DNA of 64,000 nucleotides from Mobula birostris (Eukaryota): NCBI RefSeq assembly GCF_030028105.1, contig NC_092370.1, positions 242,836,005 to 242,900,004 of the forward strand, read 5' to 3'. Shown piece by piece: positions 12,873 to 24,589 of this stretch (position 1 is its first letter; each line of letters starts with the position of its first letter). The notes under the pieces were generated by a model. It saw only the letters and a program-made list of their open reading frames with translations, ran no database searches and was not told where the DNA came from. The position numbers and the translations under genes were made by a program.

Positions 12873-13434
12873 CTGCAGAAGCTTAGTGGAAGACATGCTG
12901 GATTGCATGCATGTGACGTTGCACTGGCATGTGATGAGGAACTACTACGTACTTCTTCGTGCAGAAACATGGCTCCGGGGCAACATCCCATGCAGCATCA
13001 ATCTACAGGCCATGACACTCAGTGACTTGCGCAAAGTTATTGTTTTTTTTCTGTCTGTATGTTTTCTTATTATTGTAACTATATGTGTAATATGTGTTAT
13101 GTGCTGTGTGCTGTATGCTGTGTGTGACCAGTGGTATTGTGTTTTGCAGCTTGACCCCAGAGGACTGCTGTTTCATTTGCCTGTATCCATGTGTATGGTT
13201 GAATGACAATTAAACCTGAACTTGAATTAAACTTGAGCTTTCATGATTTTTATAATGGTGAGAATTTTAATGTTTTATTACGTTCTTGAAGACAACTTGA
13301 CAAAGAGTGTTAGCTCCTTAATATTTTATCATACCTTTAAGGAAGATGCTAAATCCGACATTGTCTGGGACTCACAAAGTGATCTCTTATTCATTTATAT
13401 TTAAGCTCCACTAAGTTCAAAATTGCAAACTCAC

Positions 13435-13458
13435 CTGATTTTGCAACACCACATCGTT
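13435..13458 (-). CDS. Putative 24-nt micro-exon ((E)RCGVAKS)
   Basis: tgattttgcag|AACGATGTGGTGTTGCAAAATCAG|gtgagt; consensus donor; phase 1-1. Confidence 0.45.
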
Positions 13459-13714
13459 CTGCAAAATCATTATTTTTCAGTGGCAAGGTGGATTAAAATA
13501 AGGTTACATTTCAGCTTTTCTGACATCGGAACATTCACCATATGTTGTTCTTTGATATCCAATGAATGTGAGACGTCACAACCCTATTACTGACTGCCAA
13601 GGTCTCTGTCAATGCATTTCCTTTGCGTGTGTTGGTAAATATGAGAAGGTCATTGCAGAGACACAGTGTAAGGCTATTGAATCTAAGTTCTGTGATATAT
13701 ACTGTACATGAATA

Positions 13715-14305
13715 GCAATTCGATCTCCGCTCCATCCGCCAAAAGCAGAACTTCCCTGTTGTCAAACATTTTAATTCCCATTCCCATTTTGACATGTCTG
13801 TCCATGGCCTCCTCTTGTGTCACAATGAGGCCACCCTCAGGGTGGAGGAGCAACACTTCGTATTCCGTCTGGGTAGCCTCCAACTTGATGGCATAAATAT
13901 CGGTTTCTCCTTCCAGTTTAAAAAAAAACCCTCCCCTTCCCTATTTTTCCATTCCCCGCTCTGGTCTCTTACCCCTTCTCACCTGCCTAACACCCCCCCC
14001 CCCCCACCGGTCCCTTCCTCCTTCTCTTTCTCCTATGGTCCACTCTCCTCTCCTATCAGATTCCTTCCTCTCCAGCCTTCTAGATTTCCTACCCACCTGG
14101 CTTCACCTATCAGCTTCCTGCTATCCTCCCTCCTGCCCCCAGCCCCCACTCCACCACCTTTTTATTCTGGCGTCTTCTCTCTTCCTTTCCAGTCCTGATG
14201 AGCGGTCTCAATCCAAACGTCAACTGCTTATTCCTTTCCATATCTGCTGCCTGACCTGCTGAGTTCCTCTGAATTTCCAGCAGCTGCAGAGTTACTCGTG
14301 TTTAT
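13715..14305 (+). mobile_element. Penelope-like element 3' fragment (GIY-YIG C-terminus and pLTR)
   Basis: MSVHGLLLCHNEATLRVEEQHFVFRLGSLQLDG; pyrimidine-rich pLTR with a degenerate hammerhead at 14190-14226. Confidence 0.85.
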
Positions 14306-14339
14306 AATCTGGACCTTTGTTTGTGCTTGAAGCTCGCAC

Positions 14340-14360
14340 CTGAAAACACACTCTTGTCAT
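14340..14360 (-). CDS. Putative 21-nt micro-exon ((N)DKSVFS)
   Basis: ggactccgtctcag|ATGACAAGAGTGTGTTTTCAG|gtgcga; phase 1-1. Confidence 0.35.
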
Positions 14361-14475
14361 CTGAGACGGAGTCCACCGCAAGCACCGTTGATTAAGGTGT
14401 CATCCAAGGGAAGAGGAAATCATGGAGCTGTATGAAATTTTGGTGAAAGGATAGGTTTATTGTCACATTTTTAAA

Positions 14476-15012
14476 TACACTCAGTGGGAGTTGATTAGGT
14501 ACAGGAGTGGAACCTGGTGTGATCTTCCACTGCCGTAGCCCATCCACTTCAAGGTTCGAAATGTTGTTCATTCAGAGATGCTTTTCTGCACACCACTGTT
14601 GTAACGTGTGGCTATTTGAGTTACTGTCACCTTCCTGTCAGCTTGAACCAGTCTGGCCATTCTCCTCTGTTCTCTGTCATTAACAAGGCAGTTTCACCCA
14701 CAGAACTGACGGTCAATGGATGTCTTTTGTTTTTCTCACCATTCTCTGTAAACTCTCGAGACTGTTGTGTATGAAAAACCCAGAACTTCAGCTTCTGAGA
14801 TACTCAAACCGTCCAGTCTGACACCAACACTCATTCCACAGTCAAAGTCACTTAGATCACATTTCTTCCCCATTCTGATGTTTCATCTGAACAGCAATTG
14901 AACCTCTTGACCATGTCTGTGTGCTTTTATGCATTGAGTTGCTGCCACATGATTAGCTGATTAGATATTTGCATTAACAAGCAGATGTACAGGCATACCT
15001 AATAAAGTGGCC
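14476..15012 (-). mobile_element. Internally deleted Tc1-like DNA transposon
   Basis: TIR cactcagtgg..ttaggtac / acctaataaagtggcc; encodes a transposase N-terminal HTH (MGKKCDLSDFD..). Confidence 0.85.
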
Positions 15013-15519
15013 TCTATTGTCATGGTGTGTGCTGACAGACGAAAGAACTGTGGAGGAATGGCAGATTCCCATGTAGAGACAGAAACCAAAATTTATTCAT
15101 AGGAATTCCCACAGAAAATTGGTGGTTTGACCTACCAATACTATGAGATGAATCATTCTCAAAACACAAAAACCCTGAGATTAGTGCTAATCTGGTGTTT
15201 GTTTAAATAATCACAGTACTCTGAAAACCAATGCCAGTGAAAATAAATTTGACAAGATTAAGCAGAAAGCACAAGGCCTTAATGACTCTAGAAGAGACAA
15301 CAATTAACAAATACAGGTGCTTAGGATTACATAGCTCATGACAGTATATTTGCAGTGGTGCGAAAGTGCATTCTTAGATCTGCCTAAAGTAAACGAAATC
15401 TAAACTGTATTGTACAGAATGCTTTGTGAGGCAGATAAAATAAAATAATTAGTTAGTGATTAGTTGCAAAAGGGCTGTAAAAGTGAAGTATTTTCTGAGT
15501 TTGGAAACCTAAGAAATCT

Positions 15520-17090
15520 TAACCACAGAGTCAACCTGCGCAGCTGCTTTGAATGTCCTATGGACTCAGACCCCAAGATCCCTCTGATCCTCCGCACTGC
15601 CAAGAGTCTTACCATTAATACTATATTCTGCCAACATATTTGACCTACCAAAATGAACCACTTCACACTTATCTGGGTTGAACTGCATCTGCCACTTCTC
15701 TGCCCAGTTTTGGATCCTATCAATGTCCCGCTGTAACCTCTGACAGCCCTCCATACTATCCACAACACCTCCAACCTTTGTGTCATCAGCAAACTTACTA
15801 ACCCATCCCTCCACTTCCTCATCCAGGTCATTTATAAAAATCACGAAGAGTAATGGCCCCAGAACAGATCCCAGAGGCACACCACTGGTCACCGACCTCT
15901 AGGCAAAATATGACCCGTCTACAACCGCTCTTTGCCTTCTGTGGTTCTGGATCCACAAAGCAATGGCCCCTTGGATCCCATGCCTCCTTACTTTCTCAAT
16001 AAGCATTGTATGGGGTACCTTATCAAATATCTTGCTGAAATCCATATGCACTACATCTACTGCTCTTCCTTCATCAATGTGTTTAGTTACATCCTCAAGA
16101 TATTCAATCAGGCTGTTAAGCCATAACCTGCCCTTGACAAAGCCATGCTGACTATTCCTAATTATATTATACCCCTCCAGCTGTATCGGCCCTAGTTCCC
16201 TTCCCTTGGACAACATCAGTGGCGTGGAGAGGGGAGACTTGCAGCATGGGCAACTGCCGGTCTTCCATACAACCTTGCCCAGGCCTGCGCCTTGGAAGGT
16301 TTCCAAGTCGCAAATCCATGGTCTCACGAGACTAACAGATGCCTATTACTATACCTCTCCAAATATTCATAAATCCTGCCTCTCAGGATCTTCTTCATCA
16401 TCTTACCAACCACTGAAGTAAGGCTCACTGATTTACAATTTCCTGGGCTATCTCTACTTCCGTTCTTGAATAAAGGAACAACATCCGCAACCCTCCAATC
16501 CTCTGGAACCTCTCCTGTCCCCATTGATGATGCAAAGATCATTGCCAGACGCTCAGTAATCTCCTCCCTTGCCTCTCACAGTAGCCTAGGGTGCATCTCA
16601 TCTGGTCCCGGCGTCCTATCCAACTTGATGCTTTCCAAAAGCTCTAGCACATCCTCTTTCTTAATATCTACATGATCAAGCTTTTCAGTCCACTGCAAGT
16701 CATCACTGCAATCACCAAGATCTTTCTCCATAGTGAATACTGAAGTAAAGTATTCTTAAGTACCTCTGCTATTTCCTCCGGTTCCATACACACTTTCCCA
16801 CTGTCACACTTGATAGGTCCTAATCTTTCACATCTTATCCTCTTGCTCTTCACATCCTTGTAGAATGCCTTGGGGTTTTCCTTAATCCTGCCCACCAAGA
16901 CCTTCTCATGGCCCCTTCTGGCTCTCCTAATTTCCTTCTTAAGCTCCCTCCTGTTAGCCTTATAATCTTCTAGATCTTTAATATTACCTAGCTCTCTGAA
17001 CCTTTTGTAAACTTTTCTTTTCCTCTTGCTAGATTTATTACAGTTTTTCTACACCACGGTTCCTGTACTCTACCATAACTTCACTGTTTC
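15520..17090 (-). mobile_element. CR1 LINE ORF2 (reverse transcriptase) fragment
   Basis: SGVPLGSVLGPLLFVIFINDLDEEVEGWVSKFADDTKV; SQHGFVKGR; DFSKIFDKVPH; IKENPKAFY; contains frameshifts and stops. Confidence 0.95.
16179..16343 (+). mobile_element. 5'-truncated SINE (same family as 27826-28117) inserted in CR1
   Basis: Near-identical to about 27955-28117; ~17 bp duplication tatta(t/c)tatacc(c/t)ctcc at 16162-16178 and 16344-16360. Confidence 0.85.
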
Positions 17091-17527
17091 ATTTTATTTC
17101 TCTCTCCTTCCACTACTTATTTAATGTAATTTTTAACATATGTTTCTTATTGTAATTTATAGATTTTTATTACTATGTATTGCAATGTACTGCTGCCACA
17201 AAACAACAAATTTTGCAACTTATGCTGCTGATGTTAAACATGATCCTGATTCTGACCTATTCTATCCAATTCATTTTCAAAATGCCAAACAATCCACTTT
17301 TCATTGTTCAATCTAACCCAGTCTAGATTCAGGGTCACATTTATTTTGTCACAGATCTATTAAAACCTGCAGTGAAATGCATCATTTGCATTAACAACCA
17401 ACATACCTAAGGAGGTGCTGGGGCAGCCCACAAGTTTCATCACACCTTTGAGCGCTAACATAACGTACCCATAATCCTTGGCAGAACAACACAGAATAAA
17501 ACAAAACAACAAAACAAACCCCTGTCC

Positions 17528-17545
17528 TCTATCTATCTCTCTATA

Positions 17546-17610
<65 letters not shown>
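17528..17610. repeat. Compound (TC)n(CA)n microsatellite
   Basis: Directly visible. Confidence 0.95.
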
Positions 17611-17611
<1 letters not shown>

Positions 17612-17902
17612 CAATTTCATTACAGGCCTTGGGGCATCCAGGTTTCAGCCATTGGGCAATGACTTCCCAAATTGCGATTGACCTTTGGGCTTCGAGCTTT
17701 GGTATTGACGTACAAGACTAGCTGATGACAGGACCCTGCGGCTCGAACTCTGAGTCCGACACCTGACTAACACTCGTGTCCCGTCATGCCTCTTGCTCTA
17801 TACACTACCTAAAATCAGATCAATCTGTCCTGTTCTATACTCTACCCAAACCGTTACCAATATAACCCATTCATTAATCTTACCAGGTAATATTGAATCA
17901 GA

Positions 17903-18385
17903 GTAACACACACAAAATGCTGGAGGAACTCAGCAGGTCAGGCAGCATCTGTGGATGGGAATAAACAGTTGATGTTTCGGGCCGAGATCCTCCAACAGAA
18001 ATGGACAGGAGGGGAAAAGAAGTCAGGATAAGAATGTGGGCAGAGGGAAGGAAGACATATAAGGTGGCAGGTGATTAGTGAAACTGGGAGGGGGAGGGGG
18101 CGAAGTAAAGAGCTGAGAAGTTGGTTGGCGAAGGAGATAAAGGGCTGGAGAAGGGAGGATCTGATAATCTGATAGGAGAGGACAGTAGGCCATGGAAGAA
18201 ATGGAAGGGGGAGGAGCGCCAGAGGGAGGAGATGTGCAGGTAAGGAGATAAGGTGAGAGAGAGAAACAGGAAGGGGGAATGGTGAAAGGGGAAGGGGGCA
18301 ATACCATAATTTCGAGAAATTGATGTTCATGCCATCAGGTTGCAGGCTACCCAAATAGAATATAAGGTGTTTTTCCTCCACCAGT
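17903..18385 (-). mobile_element. Penelope-like element 3' fragment
   Basis: EEKHLIFYLGSLQPDGMNINFS followed by pLTR. Confidence 0.85.
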
Positions 18386-18424
18386 AACAATAACAGCATG
18401 CATTTCAACTCAAGTTATACTTTT

Positions 18425-18670
18425 TATTTTGTTATTTAGAGTTACAGCACGATACAGGCCCTTCCAGCCCGATGAGTTTGTGCTTCCCAGTTGTACCCAT
18501 GTGACCAATTAATCTGCTAGCCCATATATCTTTGGAATATGGGAGAAATCTGGTGTACTCAGAGGAAAGCCAGGTAGTCACGGGACAGACATACAAGCTC
18601 CAAACCGACCGCAGCAATGGAAACCAGGTGGCTGGTGCTGTAATAGCATTACACTAACCACAACAATACC
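18425..18670 (-). mobile_element. V-domain SINE, diverged
   Basis: Similar to other V-SINE copies. Confidence 0.65.
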
Positions 18671-18695
18671 ATACTACTCTTTACCTCCAATATTA

Positions 18696-19337
18696 GAAAC
18701 ACAAGAGATCTACAGATGCTAGAAATCTGGGGTAACACACACAGAATGCTGGAAGAACTCAGTGTGTCTGGCAGCATGCATGGAAAGGAGTAAAGAGTTG
18801 ATATTTTGGGCCAAGATCCACCAATCCTAACTTCCGGATCTCAGTCCAAAACTTACCTACTTACTACCCATTATGCTACTGGTGTTTAGGGCAACAATGA
18901 ACGTCCTTCATCTCTGACAGTGTTCACGGCTTCCCTTATTGTGCCAGTAGCTTTCTGCCGGTTTTCACTATTGTCAGTCATGCAAGTCCCGGGTGAAGAC
19001 TCGGGAATACCATCGCACTCAGATGTAGAAGGATTCTTCATTGCTGTTTCCATAACTATTTTGTTTTACCAGTCAGGGTTGTTAGCCCTGAGCTGGACCC
19101 CCAAACTTGAAGGACCAGTGGACCACTCTTAACTGTCTTCTATCCTCTGACCTGTTTGGCAGGAGTGACCTACAAGAGCCAAAGCATATAGCCCCAACTC
19201 CAGACAAAGTAGATCTCTGTGTCACTGAGGCACGCAAGGCTCAAAACCACAACAAGGTCTCCTTGGAGGTCAGCCCGAAATGTTGACTATTGGTTGCTGT
19301 CTGACCTGCTGAGTTCCAGCAGCATTTTCTGTGTGTG
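18696..19337. mobile_element. Inverted pair of Penelope pLTR ends with nested SINE family A (18853-19268, minus strand)
   Basis: Exact 12-bp duplication cctccaatatta at 18684-18695 and 19338-19349. Confidence 0.75.
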
Positions 19338-19489
19338 CCTCCAATATTAATCATTACGCAAATCTCATCTCATTGCTGCATCTAGTTATATTTATGTTTG
19401 GCTAAGTGGGTCATTTTCATGCTGAAAGGAGGCATCATGGATACAACAATATGTAACCGAGAATGCCTGTCACCATCAATCTTTCTCAC

Positions 19490-19522
19490 TTGTGCACATA
19501 CAATCTGTTCTCCTACTGTGTA
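19490..19522 (-). CDS. Putative 33-nt micro-exon ((V)HSRRTDCMCT)
   Basis: tttttattgctttttgtcttccag|TACACAGTAGGAGAACAGATTGTATGTGCACAA|gtgaga; phase 1-1. Confidence 0.45.
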
Positions 19523-19754
19523 CTGGAAGACAAAAAGCAATAAAAAATAAAACAGATAGATACCATGGAGTGGACTTGCCACTCACTGTAATGCTGAACT
19601 GATGGACTACATCCACATCAGAGAGAGATGGTGAGTGTCTCTGCCCTGAGTAATGGAATTGAAATTGGCAGCCAACTTATCCTCAGCTATTTGGGTATTT
19701 CTCAGTGGTCAGTCAGTTTTTTGGCTTGAACATAGAACATGGAATATTATAACT

Positions 19755-20155
19755 GAGTTGCAAGGGAAGTTTGAACAGGTTAGGACTTTATACCCTGGAG
19801 CATAAAAGACTGAGAGGAGATTTCATAGAGGTATACAAAATTATGAGGGGTATAGATAAGGTAAATGCAAGCAGGCTTTTTTTCAACTGAGATTGGATGG
19901 GACTACAACTAGAAGTCATGGGTAAAGGGTGAAAGATGAGAAGTTTAATGAGAGTGTGAAATGAGTTGCCAGCACAGGTGGTGCATGCGAGCTCGATTTC
20001 AATGTTTAGGAGAAGTTTGGATAGTTACATGGATAGTAGGGGTATGGAGGGCTATGGTCCCAGTGCAAGTTGATGGAGTAGGCAGTTGAAATGGATTAGC
20101 ATGGACTAGATGGGCCAAAAAGCTAATTTCTGTGCTGTTCTTTTCTATGACTCCA
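19755..20155 (+). mobile_element. CR1 3' end
   Basis: RLRGDFIEVYKIMRGIDKV motif and ctatgact tail. Confidence 0.85.
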
Positions 20156-20159
20156 TGAC

Positions 20160-20545
20160 AATGTTGTGCTGACCTTATAACCTACCCTAAGATCAAATCA
20201 ATATAACACTTTCCTTCTACATAGCCTCCCACTTTCTATCATCTGTTTGCCTGTCTGAGAGCTTCTTAAATGTCCCTAATGTATCTGCCTCTACCATCAT
20301 CCCTGTCAGGTTGTTCCACGCACCAACCACATTCTATGTAAAAACCTGCCTCTGACATCCCTCCATACTTACCCCCACTCACCTTAAAATAGTGCCCTCG
20401 TGTACTAGCCATTTCTGCCCTGGGAAAAAGTCTCTGACTGTCTACTCTAGCTATGCTTCTTATCATCTTGTACACCTCTATCAAGTCACCTCTCATCCTC
20501 CTTCATCTCAAAAAGAAAAGCCTACCCCACTCAACCTATCCTTGG
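20160..20545 (-). mobile_element. CR1 3' end
   Basis: MRGDLIEVYKMIRSIARVDSQRLFP..TRGHYFKV. Confidence 0.85.
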
Positions 20546-20579
20546 TTTGATTTGGTTCATTATTGTTACATGAACTAAA

Positions 20580-21846
20580 GTTACTGGGGGGGGGGGGGTG
20601 ACAACCAATGCCTATTGGTCAGCTGACAACCAATCCCAGGCTGGGTTTCATTGAGTGGGTGTCAGTGCGGTCATATCCTGATGGTTCCAAAAGGGCTTTA
20701 AGGCATGCAGCCAGATTACTGACCACAGCAGAAAGGAACTATGGACAAATTAAAAAAAACCCAGGGAATCATCTTCCTTGTGATGAAATTCCACAAGATG
20801 CTTTAAAGCAGATGCTTCACTCTCCTTCCTGAACACAAGCCACTGTTGTCTATTTTTAGTACTACAAAGGGCATCTTAGTGTAGACATCTACGAAGGTTT
20901 GCAACAATATCATTAGCCTATGATTTTGAAATCAAGTACACATCAAACCAGGAGGATGCCCTCTTCAGACTCATGCATCAGCAGGTTATTGAAACCAAAA
21001 ACTCAATCATGGCCATGATTTCAGTTGATTGCAAAATCCACCAGGCTGTATCGGATTCTGCTGAAGGCCTTCTGGTCATGGTCAACACAATGAAAGCAAA
21101 AATGGCTTATCTCCAGACAGCCCGTTGGCAACCAAGGTTGAGGAAGATGTGTACCCTCTTACCAACATCATACGTTGCTCTCAACTGTGGACTCCTACCT
21201 AATGTTTGGAGACATAATTGTAATTCCATGAATATTTCAACCCAAATACACCATGGTCATCCAGACATCAATCAAACGAAAGCCCTAGCAAGAAGCTTTA
21301 TTTACTGGCCAGGCATAGATGAAGATATCACATATGCATGCAAGCAATGTGTTCAGTGCTGTATGGCAGCAAGTAATCCAAGTACAGCTGATCCATAATC
21401 ATGGCCTTATGCTACCAGATCTTGGAGTTGAGTAGGCATTGAATTTGCTGGCCAATCAATGGGTGTACCTACCTCATCCTGGTTGAAGCCTGTTCCAAAT
21501 GGCCAGAAGTATCACCTATGAAGTCAACAATGACAGGGTCTATCATGCAACAGCTGCTGCAGATCTTGAGCTACTTTGGGATACCAGAAGCGCTTTCCCC
21601 TGACAACAAGCTGAAACAACCAATGCCAATTGATCAGTTGACAACCAATCCCAGGCTGACTTTCACTAATTAGTCATTGTTCCTATCAACATCTTGAATG
21701 CTGCTGAGTAACCTATTTAAATAATCATGCTTTGGGATGTACTGCTGAACTTTGAGGTTTTTATTGTTGAGTGATTATACTGAATAAAGAGTTATTTTTT
21801 GTCCAGTCTTTGTTCTATCTCCTGGCTTCGGGTCTCATCAGTAATA
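20580..21846 (+). mobile_element. Internally deleted Gypsy/Ty3 LTR retrotransposon (RNase H and integrase remnants)
   Basis: PDGSKRALRHAARLLTTAERNYGQIKK (RNase H); HHGHPDINQTKALARSFIYWPGIDEDI..CKQCVQC (integrase H2C2); ~55 bp direct repeat at about 20600-20655 and 21616-21671; AATAAA at 21783; inverted termini ttactg..cagtaa. Confidence 0.85.
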
Positions 21847-21849
21847 ATA

Positions 21850-22240
21850 GGCAAATTTATCATATGAGGAGTGTTTGGTGTCTCTGAGCCTGTACTCACT
21901 TGGATTCAGAGGAATGAGTGGTGATCTTATTGAAACCTATTGAATGTTGAAAGGGCTTGATAGAGTGAATGTGGAGAGGATGTTCCCTATGACGGGGGAG
22001 TCTAAGACCTGAGGATGCAGTCTCAGGATAGAGGGATGCCCATTTAGAATGGAGATGAGGAATTTCTTTAACCAGAGAGTGGTGAATCTGTGGAGGGTTA
22101 TTTAAGGCAGACGTTGATAGATTTTTAATTAGTCAGGGCATGAAGGGAGACAAGGAGAAGGTATGAAATTTAGGCTGAGAGGGAAATAGATCAACAATGA
22201 TGAAATGGCCTAATTTTGCTCCAATATCTTATGATCCTAC
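21850..22240 (+). mobile_element. CR1 3' end
   Basis: Homologous to 2253-2675. Confidence 0.85.
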
Positions 22241-22280
22241 GGTCATAGCAAACTGTTATGCATCCAAGCAGAACGTTTAC

Positions 22281-22383
22281 CATGGTGGCCAACAATGTCC
22301 AACAATGATGACCCTTTGCCACTCACACTCAGTGGCATGACTGACAGTAAATGTCCAATCACCAGAACCGTAGTAACATGCAT
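22281..22383 (-). CDS. Putative first coding exon (exon 22281-22470; ATG at 22383) encoding signal-peptide-like MHVTTVLVIGHLLSVMPLSVSG-KGSSLLDIVGHH
   Basis: Long polypyrimidine acceptor ..ctccctctcctcctgttttgctcgcttcatcgtcag|; ACAATGC start context with A at -3; donor CATG|gtaaac, phase 1; unique non-repeat sequence. Confidence 0.5.
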
Positions 22384-23094
22384 TGTCGTTTTGCTCCTTT
22401 CTAGGAAGGATGGCTGATTGAAACTCAGAAATTGTTGCTGATTAAGATCGCAAAGTGCTGCAAAGGGAACCTGACGATGAAGCGAGCAAAACAGGAGGAG
22501 AGGGAGCACGAGGAAAATTCAACAGGGCGGCCTTTGTGACAAACATTGGAATAACGTAAGGATAAAAGTTCAAATAGAATGAGCTGGGCTTTTGCTGTTA
22601 GGCTACAATTCAACTGCACTGTGGTTGAAAAATGATTATAAGCACAATCCATAAAGATGCAGTATACATACGCATGTCTTATACAGATACAGAACTATAC
22701 ACGCACATTAGATTCAAACAAGGAATGAAATAGCAGCTCACATATACACACTTCATACAGACACTGCACACAAATATGTAACTAAAAGACAAAGACAATA
22801 TATAGATATTTAATACACACACACACACACACAATTTATGCAAATTCATCGAATTGAGATACTCTTTGTGTAGATTGTTTTTACAAATTTCAGCAGAATC
22901 CTGTAAGGTTACTGAATGCTTCTTTGCAAGTAGATCAATTTGATACCAAAAAAAAAATTACATACAAATAAAATCCTATTTTCCTGGTATCATTGGACAA
23001 TAATAGATGCACTAGCATTTTTCAAAGCAATGATACTGGCTTAGGGTGCTTCATCTTTTAATGGCAATTCAGAATTTCAGCTTTCATAACGACA

Positions 23095-23570
23095 CTAACT
23101 AAACCAGGATGAGGGAGTGTATCACTCCCATCCAAACTATTCTGCATTGGCTTCCTGTATCTTTCAGAATTGATTTTAAAGTTCTCTTACTTGTTTTTAA
23201 AGCTCTCAATGGTCTGGGACAGGAATACACCACAGAATTACTTTTGTTTTCTAATTCCACTTGAGATCTCTGCTCCTCTTCGGCCAGTCTCTTAAACTTA
23301 AACAATCTCCCTCAAAAGCTAATTGGCAGGTCAGCTATTTTTTCAAACTGTGGAACTCAATACCTAAAACCATGAGGGATGCAGACTCAATTGACACTTT
23401 TAAACATTGCCAGCTCAAAACCTACTCATTCAACCTTGCTTTTAACTAACGTCATTTTGTCTTTTATTTTCATGATTGAACTTCATTCCATAGTAAAGCA
23501 AGTTGATCTACATGGTTTGTATGGAGAGTGCTCTATAAATAAGTTATTATTATTATTATTATTAATTCTG
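23095..23570 (+). mobile_element. L2-clade LINE 3' end
   Basis: ITPIQTILHWLPVSFRIDFKVLLLVFKALNGLG motif; ctataaataagtta(tta)n tail. Confidence 0.85.
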
Positions 23571-24589
23571 TAACTTGTGAATTATACAGTGGGGATCATT
23601 TGTGAAAGAAAGCTGGTATCCAATCAATGAGTTCTGAGAATCGTCTATTTATTACTTGAATGAGATGGCTCTCCAGATCCATCAGTGCAGAGATCCAAGT
23701 TAAATCAATACTGCCTTACTCGTTGTCATATTAACCATTACACCACCACACTCATATGTGAAGCAAACATGCTACCACAAGCAAAACATAGCAAATATTG
23801 GAAATCTGAAGGGAAAAAATACAAATATATTGGAAACGATCATGTCAGGCAGTGTCATGAAGGATCACACTCCTCTTCTCATGAGCTGTTTGTCCCATTC
23901 TCATCAGGGAGGAGGCTATGTAGCATCCATGCCAGGACCACCAGACTCAAAAACAGGCACTTTCCCCATGCAGTGAAGCTGGTCAACACCTCAACCTACT
24001 AACCCACCCCTCTACACTCACAACTGCCACTACTTTTTCAATTCCTGTCAGAGTCACCTTATGTACAGACATTCCGTGCCTAGTGTCACTTTGTGGACAT
24101 ACAAACTACCTATGTATAGATTGCCTGGCCTGCTGAGTTCCTCCAGCATTTTGTGTGTGTTATTTATGTACACTTATTATGTTTTATTTTAATATTGTGT
24201 TATTTATCTTATTATGTTGTTCTTTCATTTGTGCTGCATTGGATCTGGAGTAACAATTATTTTGTTCTCCTTTACACTTGTGTACTAGAAATGGCATTGA
24301 ACAATCAGTGGAGAGAGATAAAAGTCATTGAGCTGAATCATCAACGTTCTTCTCTTTGCGGATGCTGCCCAGCCAGCTGAGTATCTCCTGGGTTTTCTGT
24401 TTTTTACATTATGTTGCCACAGTTTTAGGTAATAATGCCTCCCTTCAGAATCTTTGCGCCACATAGGAGTTTATAGCAGACCTATTCCAAGTATTGATGC
24501 ACCTATATGGAAATGATGGCCTGATGATTTAACCCATGCCTTATGAGCTGGGTACAAAACCAAAGGCAATGGTTCATGTTGGTACAAAA

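Noticed and set aside
6072-13455. Identical 15-mer ttgcaacaccacatc at 6072-6086 and 13441-13455
   Set aside because: An exact 15-mer pair is expected by chance in 64 kb, and the flanks do not extend the match.
6943-22383. Resemblance of the modelled peptide to C-type natriuretic peptide (C.GV.K..AMS..GC), endothelin or CXC chemokines (CxC)
   Set aside because: It lacks the CFG..DRIG ring, the HLDIIW tail and the chemokine fold length, and its exon structure differs, so no gene symbol is assigned.
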